Shown here piece by piece: positions 1 to 9,100 of a stretch of 40,870 nucleotides of DNA. Source of the DNA: a virus (lineage: Duplodnaviria > Caudoviricetes). The stretch lies in IMG/VR virus record IMGVR_UViG_3300046779_000645, positions 1 to 40,870 of that record; one strand, 5' to 3'. The translations under genes were made by a program, and so were the position numbers. A model generated the notes under the pieces. The model saw only the letters and a list, made by a program, of their open reading frames with translations, did no database searches and was not told the origin of the DNA. How positions within the stretch are numbered: position 1 is the stretch's first letter; each line of letters starts with the position of its first letter.

Positions 1-137
1 CTCTAGCCCCCTATATAAGTGTAACGGCGGAGTTCCACGAAGCCGTAAAACGCGGGCTGAACGCCCGCTTTAAGTTTGGTTATGCTTATGTGGGGATACC
101 TCTGTCAACCCCCTTGTAGACCCCTACAACCTCTGGA

Positions 138-2033
138 GTGACATTGGAAAGAAACCTTAATCCCGAAGAAGCTCGGAAAGAACTAATCAGCTTGGTACGC
201 CAAGGGCGCACCATCGCTGATGCCCTAAAGGTTGTTGGTAGAAGCCGAAGCTGGTATGACACCCAACGACGTGAAGCCCCTGGCTTTTCGGCTCTAATTG
301 ACAATGTTCGGTTTAGAACCCAAGACCTGGCTCAAGATGCTCGGACGAATCTTTCAGATTTCGCCGAGTTCTCCGAAAAGTATCTTGGTGCAAAAGTTTG
401 GGACCACATGCTTAACGTGGTCGATATGTTGGAAGGTAAAGAGCCTCGCTGGATTGACCCAGCGATGACATACGAAAAAGGGTCGGCGGGCTTATCCCGC
501 CTCTTGGTAAACGTTCCACCGAACCACGCCAAGACGATGACCATCACGATTAACTACGTGACCTACCGTATCGTCAAGAATCCGAATATATCGGTTATCG
601 TTATTTCTAAAACCCAAGAGCAAGCCAAGAAGTTTCTCTACGCTATCAAGCAAAGATTGACTCATCCTCGGTATGCTGACATGCAGGTTGCCTTCGGACC
701 AGCAGACGGTTACAAAGCTACAGCTGACCAGTGGTCGGCAAATAAGATTTATCTAGGTGGCGACATCCGCGACAACGATGCTAAAGACCCTACGGTCGAA
801 GCTATCGGTATGGGCGGTCAGGTCTACGGCGCACGTGCTGACCTAATCGTCCTTGATGACGTGGTCACTCTCTCTAATGCGGGAGAGTGGGCAAAGCAAC
901 AAGAATGGATTCGCCAGGAAGTTGCTTCTCGTCTACCACCTGGTGGCGGACAGCTACTTGTTGTTGGTACACGAGTATCTGCAGTCGACCTCTACAAAGA
1001 GTTGCGTAACCCGCAACATTATACCGATGGCATATTGCCATGGTCATATTTGTCCATGCCTGCCGTACTTCAGTACGCAGACGACCCAAAGGATTGGAAA
1101 ACCCTTTGGGCTAAGTCAGAACAACCACTCACCGAAGACGATGTCCCAGATGAGAATGGTTATTATGACCGATGGACTGGACCGCGTTTAACGGCGGTCC
1201 GCAATGAGGCTGGTCCATCAAAGTGGTCTTTGGTTTACCAGAACCTCGATATCGCGGAGAATGCAATCTTCGACCCGCTGTGCGTTAGAGGCGCAGTAAA
1301 CGGAATGAGAAAAGCGGGTGCGTTAGTTGCAGGCGCAGCAGGACATCCTGATAACAGTTCAAACTTTTATCGGGTTATTGGTATAGACCCAGCAATGACT
1401 GGTGATACCGCTGCTGTTGCTTATGCGGTTGACCGCAGGACACACAAGCGCTATGTCATGGACGTTCACGTCATGAGCAGCCCCACACCTGCAGCAATCC
1501 GTTCGTTGATTAGAGAATGGACTGATGCGTACAAACCGCATACTGTCATAGTTGAGTCAAACGCTTTTCAGCTTTTCTTGACTCAAGATGAGGAAATCAG
1601 AAACTTCCTCTCCACTCGTGGAATTAATTACCGACCACATTACACTGGTAATAATAAGCAAGACCCAGAGTTCGGCGTAGCCTCTCTGGCTCCGTTATTT
1701 GGAACCGTCATTAAGCGAGATGGCAACAATAACAACTTGAAACATGCAGGCGACAACATGATTGAACTGCCTGACTCTTCAAGAAATGAACATATTAAAA
1801 AGCTGGTAGAACAACTTGTAACCTGGCAACCAGGAGTACAGGGCAAGCGATTAAAGATGGATGCTGTAATGGCACTCTGGTTCTGTGAAATCGTAGCCCG
1901 CGACGTTCTACTTACTTCAGCAAATGTACCTAACTTTCTCAAGAATGAATTCACACCTCAGTCAGAGATTGAATCAAGGTACATCATCAACTTAGATGAC
2001 TTAGCTGCAGCGCAGCGAATAGCGAGATTGTGA
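138..2033 (+). CDS. terL: Terminase large subunit with N-terminal helix-turn-helix extension
   Basis: Walker A-like LLVNVPPNHAKT, Walker B DLIVLDD, coupling motif VVGTR, RNase H-like nuclease motifs VIGIDPA and MDAVMALWF; directly upstream of portal; GTG start. Confidence 0.92.
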   Translation: MTLERNLNPEEARKELISLVRQGRTIADALKVVGRSRSWYDTQRREAPGFSALIDNVRFRTQDLAQDARTNLSDFAEFSEKYLGAKVWDHMLNVVDMLEGKEPRWIDPAMTYEKGSAGLSRLLVNVPPNHAKTMTITINYVTYRIVKNPNISVIVISKTQEQAKKFLYAIKQRLTHPRYADMQVAFGPADGYKATADQWSANKIYLGGDIRDNDAKDPTVEAIGMGGQVYGARADLIVLDDVVTLSNAGEWAKQQEWIRQEVASRLPPGGGQLLVVGTRVSAVDLYKELRNPQHYTDGILPWSYLSMPAVLQYADDPKDWKTLWAKSEQPLTEDDVPDENGYYDRWTGPRLTAVRNEAGPSKWSLVYQNLDIAENAIFDPLCVRGAVNGMRKAGALVAGAAGHPDNSSNFYRVIGIDPAMTGDTAAVAYAVDRRTHKRYVMDVHVMSSPTPAAIRSLIREWTDAYKPHTVIVESNAFQLFLTQDEEIRNFLSTRGINYRPHYTGNNKQDPEFGVASLAPLFGTVIKRDGNNNNLKHAGDNMIELPDSSRNEHIKKLVEQLVTWQPGVQGKRLKMDAVMALWFCEIVARDVLLTSANVPNFLKNEFTPQSEIESRYIINLDDLAAAQRIARL

Positions 2034-2037
2034 ATCG

Positions 2038-3807
2038 ATGAAAGAACTTGTACAAGCATTCGAGCAATTAAAAACTCGAAACTCCGAGCGCGATAAGCGC
2101 ATGCGCGAGGTTGCCTTGGTTCGTGCTGGTCAAGCAGACCAGGTATTCAAAGGCTTGTTCCCAGAGGGAACATGGTCACGACCAATCATTGCTAACCTCA
2201 TTGACGTTGTAGCTCGTGATGTATCTGAGCAAGCTGGTGTTCTACCTACCATTACTGCTGCTGGCGATTCGTCATTAGACGATAACCAGCGTACCAAGGC
2301 TGACAAGAGAACAAAGATTGCTAACTACTACGTAGCATCCTCACGTCTAGGTACGGAACTACTGCGTGGCGCAGACCAGTTGGGTACATACGGATTCATG
2401 GTATTCCGTGTAGAACCTAACTTCAAAGAAAAAAGACCACACATCCATGTTGAAAACTCTATGGGTGCGTATTATGACGTTGATAGATTTGGCGAAGTAC
2501 AGGTTTATGCACGTTCTTATTATCGTAAAGCTGGAGATTTAGCAGCACATTTCCCAGAACACGCAGATGCTATCTTGCAAACAGGTGCATTTTCACGTGG
2601 CGATACCAACCAACTTCTTGAAGTAGTCCGTTGGACTGACAAGAAGCAGACAGTTATGTTTATCCCAGAACGCGGGGGAGTCGTACTTGCACAAACAGCA
2701 AACAAAATCGGTCGTGTACCAGTTGCGATTGCTCAACGTCCTTCGCTCGACGGCGAAGTTCGCGGGTCATTCGACGATGTTCTGCCAGTGTATGCAGCAA
2801 AAGCACGTCTTGCGTTGCTTACTATGGAGGCTGTTCAAAAATCTGTTGAAGCTCCTCTGGCTCTTCCCACCGATGTTACTCAACTATCTGTTGGTCCTGA
2901 TAGTGTCATCCGTTCGAACAGTCCTGAAAAGATTCGTCGCATTAATCTCGACGTTCCTCAGTTTGCTTTCGCGGAGAACAATGTTTTAGCAGATGAAATG
3001 AAGCTAGGCACTCGCTTTCCTCAAGCTCGTGCTGGGCAAGCCGAAGGTTCTATCGTTACAGGTCAAGGTGTTAAGGCACTTATGGCAGGTTTCGACTCAC
3101 AGATTAAGGTTATTCAGTCTGTACTTGGAGAAGCTATTGGTCAGGCTCTCTCAATTGCCTTCGCAACTGACCAAGCATATTTTAATGATGTCACTCGTGA
3201 GGTATCTGCCACAGCAAACGGCGTACCTTACAAGTTAAAGTACAAGCCAGCAGTTGATATCAACGGTAACTTTGGAGTTACAGTTGAATATGGACTAATG
3301 GCAGGGCTAGACCCTAACCGAGCCCTTGTCTGGGGACTACAGGCTCGTGGTGACAAGCTTATTTCACGTGGCATGCTACGTAGAAACCTACCGATTTCGC
3401 TCAATGCTGGAGAAGAAGAGCGAGCAATCGACATTGAAGAGATGCGTGACTCACTTAAGGGTTCAATTGCATCACTTGCCCAAGCAATTCCTCAAATGGT
3501 AATGCAAGGTCAAGACCCAATGCAGATTGTTGAAAAAATGGCTGCAGTTATTGATGAACGTAAGAAAGGTACACCGCTAGAAGATGCGGTTGCTAAAGCG
3601 TTCAAGCCAGAACCAGCACCAAAGCAACCTGAAATGCAACCAGGAATGCCAGAAGAACCAGCACCAGAAGAAATGGGTGCGGGAATGGGTGGCGAATTGC
3701 CACAAGCTCCACAAGGTAGACCAGCAATGCAAGAACTTCTTGCAGGTCTTACAGGTTCAGGCAATCCAGTTTTATCAGGTCGCGTAACTCGTCAAATACC
3801 AGCATAA
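2038..3807 (+). CDS. Portal (head-tail connector) protein
   Basis: 589 aa immediately after terL; largely helical with P/Q/E/M-rich low-complexity C-terminal tail typical of podoviral portals. Confidence 0.8.
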   Translation: MKELVQAFEQLKTRNSERDKRMREVALVRAGQADQVFKGLFPEGTWSRPIIANLIDVVARDVSEQAGVLPTITAAGDSSLDDNQRTKADKRTKIANYYVASSRLGTELLRGADQLGTYGFMVFRVEPNFKEKRPHIHVENSMGAYYDVDRFGEVQVYARSYYRKAGDLAAHFPEHADAILQTGAFSRGDTNQLLEVVRWTDKKQTVMFIPERGGVVLAQTANKIGRVPVAIAQRPSLDGEVRGSFDDVLPVYAAKARLALLTMEAVQKSVEAPLALPTDVTQLSVGPDSVIRSNSPEKIRRINLDVPQFAFAENNVLADEMKLGTRFPQARAGQAEGSIVTGQGVKALMAGFDSQIKVIQSVLGEAIGQALSIAFATDQAYFNDVTREVSATANGVPYKLKYKPAVDINGNFGVTVEYGLMAGLDPNRALVWGLQARGDKLISRGMLRRNLPISLNAGEEERAIDIEEMRDSLKGSIASLAQAIPQMVMQGQDPMQIVEKMAAVIDERKKGTPLEDAVAKAFKPEPAPKQPEMQPGMPEEPAPEEMGAGMGGELPQAPQGRPAMQELLAGLTGSGNPVLSGRVTRQIPA

Positions 3808-3821
3808 CTAAGGAGAAATAA

Positions 3822-3971
3822 ATGTTCGGAAAGCAAGGAAAGCCAGCTAAGGCTCCAACTTCAGGCGCAATGATGGGCAAGAAGCCTGCAGGTAAGGGTG
3901 TCGGACTTGGTCAAGTTCAAAAGGGAACTACACCAAAGGGCATCAAGGGCAACAAGAACAAGCTTAAGTAA
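3822..3971 (+). CDS. Small Lys/Gly-rich basic protein (49 aa, not in ORF track)
   Basis: AAGGAG RBS at ~3810; MFGKQGKPAKAPTSGAMMGKKPAGKG...KNKLK*; fills the gap between portal and next gene. Confidence 0.7.
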   Translation: MFGKQGKPAKAPTSGAMMGKKPAGKGVGLGQVQKGTTPKGIKGNKNKLK

Positions 3972-4000
3972 TACCTAACGTCTTTAAGTAAAGGATAAAC

Positions 4001-5524
4001 ATGGCAGCCAAAAAGGGCAAGACCACTCGAAAGTATAAGCAGGCAAAGCAGGCTGCCAAACCTGCTGCTAAGGCAGCATTTTCTGGCAAGGTGCAAGCTT
4101 CTCGCAAAGACCCAAAGATTAAAATCAGTGCTGAAGACAAGATGGCATTGAAGGATATGAAGGATACTGCTAAAGCAGACCTTGGCAAGAATGCTTATCT
4201 CAGCAAGGCTGAGTACGAAGCAAACCAGGCTAAGGCTCGTGAAGCATTCCGTGAACGTATGCGTACCGAGTTCGGTGAGTACGGCGGAAAGAAAGCTTCA
4301 GCTGCAGAAGCAGCAATGAAGGAAACAAAAGCAGGCGGTAAGAAAACAAAGCCAAAGGCAAAAGCACCTGCTGCTAAGCCATCTGTTATTTCCGCTAAAG
4401 GTCCATCTCTTGTAGAGAATGGCAAGGTTGTATCTCAGGCACGTGCCGAAGAAATCATGTCAGGAGAAAAGAAATCTGCACCGAAGAAGAAGACAGTAAC
4501 AAAGAAGGCTGCTGTAAAGAAAGCAGCACCATCAAAGCCATCTGCTCCTGCGACTTCGAAAGCTGCCACTGTAGCAGAACCGACTACTAAGCCAGCGGTT
4601 AAGAAGCCAGCAACTAAAAAGAAGGCAGCAGCCAAGAAGGCTTCTGCACCAAAGGTGACACGTCCAACCGATGCATCACTTACAGCGATGGAAGATGAAA
4701 AGCTAAAGCAAACAAAAGAAAAGCTTATTAAGCAAGGCAAGCTTTCTGGGTCTACAGAATTAGCAATCCGTCCAAAGGGTACTGTTGCTAGCACACGTAC
4801 AGGTACAGTTGCAACAACCACATCACGAGTGACACCAATTCCTGGCAGCGATACAGTTGTTAAGAAAAAGGGATTCCTCAGAAAAGCTGGTGGCAAGTTT
4901 GTTCCAGCGATTGTTGCAGGAGAACTTGTTTCGCTAGCAAAAGGTTCTACATATAAAGACCTTAACGAGATTGACAGACTAAAGGCAAAGCTTGGCAATA
5001 AGAAGATGTCAGCCAAAGAAGGTATGGCAACTCAAGCAAGCAATCTTGCTAGCCTTGTATCAATGGGGCTTGTTGGTCAGACACGTCGTGAACGTATGGA
5101 CGAACTCAACGCAAAGATTAAGAAGAAGGAAGCTGCCACTAAGAAGGCTAATAAGGGATTACGTTATGGTCCTGATGGTTCAAGCCTAGTGCCAGGAACT
5201 GATGCTTACAAGAAGGGCTCTAAGACTCGCCCAGTAAAGCCAGTAGCACCAGGTGCTGCAGGTGGAACATCAGGTGGTGCAACTGGCGGTAAGTCAGGTG
5301 GCGCATCAGGTGCAACTCCAGGTGCAGGTGGTTCAACAATCACAGCAACACCAGGCAGCACATACACTGTCAAGAAGGGCGACACACTTAGCGCAATTGC
5401 TAAGGCATCTGGCGTATCTCTTGCAGAGATTCGTAAAGCAAATAAGAAGTTTACGACCAACCCTAAGTACAAGCAGGGAAGCATGATTTGGTCAGGAACT
5501 AAGGTAAATATTCCAAAGAAGTAG
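4001..5524 (+). CDS. Highly basic Lys/Ala/Pro-rich (histone H1-like) protein with C-terminal LysM domain
   Basis: KKAAVKKAAP/KPAVKKPATKKK repeats; Gly-rich linker; YTVKKGDTLSAIAKASGVSLAEIRKAN LysM signature; AAGGA RBS. Confidence 0.8.
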   Translation: MAAKKGKTTRKYKQAKQAAKPAAKAAFSGKVQASRKDPKIKISAEDKMALKDMKDTAKADLGKNAYLSKAEYEANQAKAREAFRERMRTEFGEYGGKKASAAEAAMKETKAGGKKTKPKAKAPAAKPSVISAKGPSLVENGKVVSQARAEEIMSGEKKSAPKKKTVTKKAAVKKAAPSKPSAPATSKAATVAEPTTKPAVKKPATKKKAAAKKASAPKVTRPTDASLTAMEDEKLKQTKEKLIKQGKLSGSTELAIRPKGTVASTRTGTVATTTSRVTPIPGSDTVVKKKGFLRKAGGKFVPAIVAGELVSLAKGSTYKDLNEIDRLKAKLGNKKMSAKEGMATQASNLASLVSMGLVGQTRRERMDELNAKIKKKEAATKKANKGLRYGPDGSSLVPGTDAYKKGSKTRPVKPVAPGAAGGTSGGATGGKSGGASGATPGAGGSTITATPGSTYTVKKGDTLSAIAKASGVSLAEIRKANKKFTTNPKYKQGSMIWSGTKVNIPKK

Positions 5525-5532
5525 GGTAAACA

Positions 5533-5928
5533 ATGTCAATGATGCAGCCTTCGGGTCCAGGTAAGTTCTCAAAGAGAACTGACCGACAGGGCGCAAAGCA
5601 ACTTCCAAACGCTGCCTATGGTGAGCAAAAGCAATTCCAAGCAGAACAAGCAGGCGCACCAATGGCTAAGACACCTAATCCAATGGCGGACGTTGTTCCA
5701 TTAACTGCGCCTACACGTAGACCAGATGAACCTGTTACAGCAGGTGTAGATGCGGGTCCAGGTCCAGGCAGTGAAGTCTTAGGTCTTAAAACACCAACAG
5801 ATGTCACATTAGAAGACCTAACAAAGTTATCTCAGTACATGCCATTAATGATGCAGTACGCAGATTCACCACAATCAAGCGGAACAATGAAAGCATTTGT
5901 TAAATATTTGAGGAGCCAGACAGGATGA
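5533..5928 (+). CDS. Hypothetical virion-associated protein
   Basis: 131 aa in structural operon; GPGKFSKRTD and PTRRPDEPVTAG segments. Confidence 0.65.
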   Translation: MSMMQPSGPGKFSKRTDRQGAKQLPNAAYGEQKQFQAEQAGAPMAKTPNPMADVVPLTAPTRRPDEPVTAGVDAGPGPGSEVLGLKTPTDVTLEDLTKLSQYMPLMMQYADSPQSSGTMKAFVKYLRSQTG

Positions 5929-6101
5929 AGATTCTCAAGAAGTTCGAAGAGAACCTTGAGTACCTTGGATTTGATTTAGCACCACTGGCATGGGACATAG
6001 CAAAGATGAAGTTTGCTTCTGATGATGACCGCTTATCTTTACTAGAAGAGTTAACCACGAAGGAGGCAACACCAGGTGTCAATGACGGAATGGTGGAATG
6101 A
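5925..6101 (+). CDS. Small hypothetical protein (58 aa, not in ORF track)
   Basis: ATGA overlap with the upstream stop, AGGAG RBS; MKILKKFEENLEYLGFDLAPLAWDIAK... Confidence 0.65.
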   Translation: MKILKKFEENLEYLGFDLAPLAWDIAKMKFASDDDRLSLLEELTTKEATPGVNDGMVE

Positions 6102-9100
6102 CCCACGTTATGAAAACCAGCCTTCTGGTAATGCCCCCTCTTCTAAAGTAGATTCATTTAAGAAGCAGCAATTTGACAACACTAAAGTTGGAAAGATTGA
6201 AGAAGCCGTTGTTCCTAAAGTAGCTGGAGCTATTGAGTCAGCACAGAAAAGCAAGTTTGGATTTATTGTTAATCCAGCTATGCGTGTGCTTGAAACATTT
6301 GGCGAGCGAGTGGTGCAACCACTTACTCAAGGTGTATCTACTGGTCTGCTTACAGCAGAAGCTGCACGTCAAGGTAAAGGCAAGAACATTGCCGAAAACT
6401 TTAGGTTTGCTAAAAAGCAATCTAAAAAGATTTCAATGGGTCAGGCTTTGGCTACAACCGTTGGTCAGACAGTTTCACCTGTACTTGGTCCATTGACTAA
6501 CACAACTTTTCTTGACGAAGACTTTAACGTGTTTGACGATAAGCAACGCGATAAAGCATTTCGTGATGAATGGTTTGGTGTGTTTGCATCAGGTGCTACT
6601 GACATCGCGCTTGCAGCGCTTGGCACTAAAGGTGCTGGTACTGCAATTCGAGCAGGAGCCAAGAAGGTAGTTGGACCTAAAAGAATCGTAACTGGTGATG
6701 ACATGAACCAGTTCCGCAATAACCTTAACCAAATTGTCAATGAGGTAGAAGGTGGCGTTGCTGCAGAAGCACGTACTCGTAACGGTCTTAGCGTTCTTGT
6801 AGATGATGCCGTCAACACACGAGATGTATCTGTGTTAGCTGCTAACCCACTTATTCGGGAAACATCTAACCCATACCGTACAGCAACAATCGTTTCACGA
6901 TTGGACAACCACCGCGATGTAGCAGACTATCTGCTAGCAGAACGCGGAGATGCTGCAGCATTCAATCGCTTCTTTGCCAAGAAGCCACTTGAAGCAGACC
7001 ATATTGACGATTACGGATTTGATAAGACAACACCTATTACAGACTTTGCCGACATTGGCAAGGACATGTTGTCACCAAAATTAGAAACTCGCTTCAAGCG
7101 TATCATCGATGCAAAGAAGGCAGAAGACCCAAACTTTGCTAGAGCTCTTGAAGAGTTCGCTAGCAACCTGCCACGTGGTGCAGGCGTTGAGTCATGGCAA
7201 CCAGGACGTTTTGCTGCGCTTGAGTCAATTGGGTTAGCAAAGAAGAAGCTTGCTGTGCAAGCACAGTTTGGTGACTTAAAGTTATTCGGCGATGATGGTT
7301 CTAGCAATTGGAAAACAGAAGTTTACCAAAGCAAGACTTATGACAGAGTCATTCGTACCATTGCATGGGTAGGCTCAGGTCGCCCACAGGGTCACATTAA
7401 TATTTCTAACCCACGTAAGTTTGAAGCATCAAGCGATTTGCTATCAGACCTCAATCGTCTTCAGTTCCTTAGCGGGGCAGAAGGCGTAAAGTTTAAGCGC
7501 CGTATGGTTGAGCAATTCCTTAATGCACAGGATGATACACAACGTGCTATCGCACTTGGTCGTATTGAAGAGCAGGTAATGATTCGCCTTGCGAAACATT
7601 ATGGAGTTACCGACCTACAAGATATTCGTACTGCCTCACAGGCAGTAAAAGAAATCACTCGATGGTCAGCAAAGACTGCTGAGAATCGTGCAACCATTAA
7701 GCAGTACGCTGCTAAGAATGGTTGGATTCCTGACGAAGACGGCTCAATTAACGTACAGAACTTTATCTCTGTATCTAACGAAGCACAGACTATCCCTATG
7801 CTTGACTTCCGTAAGCTTGAAGTCGAAGTAATTTTCCAGGCTCGTCGCATGGCTGGTAAGGGAACCAAGGTTACTGATGCTCAGTACGCAGGAGCAATTG
7901 CATCTAAGGCAGCAATGACTACAGGTCAGTTGCTTGACCTTGCTAACATGGTGTTCAGCAACCTGAACCTTATTCGTCTTGCTTACATTCCTAAGAACTC
8001 TATTGTCGACCCAATGGCTCGTGCATCTATGGCACTTGAGTCAATGGAGTTGATTCGTAACGGCGCACCTGCGTTGGACAACATTGTGTACAACTCAAGC
8101 CTACGTGCAGAATCTTTGAAGAAATGGATTCCTGGTTCACCTGCAGCTAAGGCTCGTAAACGTGCTAAAGATGCGAAGTTCCAAGTTGAGAAATACAAAG
8201 CAGAAGTTGAGTCAAAGGTTGCTGCTTGGGAAAAAGCACAAGCTAAACTTGATGCAGCACAGGCGGAACTTAAGGCAGCAGCTAAGGCTCGTGAGTCAGC
8301 ACTCAAAGTTGCAGCACGTAAGCAGGGTGACCCAGATGCACAGGCTGCAGTACATGCAGCAGATGATGAATTATTCAAAGCTCGCAACGCTATATCAACA
8401 GCAGAGATTGAACTTGGCAGAACAGCAGATATCCTTAATGGATATGCAAAGTTAATTCAAAAGAACCGCAAAGACTGGGTTGATTTTGAAACAACCAAGG
8501 CTGCAACCAAAGCTGGGAAGAAACGCCTTGGTCAAGACCAAGACGTTATCATCAGCGAAAGTGGCAAGAAGTACACCATTGATGGTCTTGCTGACCCAAA
8601 CATGCGTGGCGTAAGCGCCTACATGTCTGAGGTTGACTCAGCACAAAACTTTTATGCAGCATCTATGCAGTCTGAAATTTCTCGTAGACTTAGCGCAAGC
8701 GGTAACCGATTTGTAAAGATTGACCGCAAAGACCGAGCAGAGTATATGAATGCTCTGGCTCATATTGCTAACCGTCAGATTCGTAACGAACTTGACATGC
8801 CACTAGGAATGATGATGCGTGGAGATGCACCGTCGGACATCTTACGTTGGTTGTACTCACCAGCTGGTAAAGAATACAGACTACGTATGCAGTCACGATT
8901 TGGTAAAGAAATGACCAAGGATGACTTTGCTTCATGGATTACTCAGACAAGCGACAAGCTTGTCAAGATGTATCCAGACCCAGACTTACGCAAGATTATT
9001 CTTGCACGTAACGTAAGCGTTGACGAAGTAGATGCCATGTTGGCTGGACGTACAGATTTGTTGCCATCAATTGATGGACCAAACATTAATCTTAGCGACT

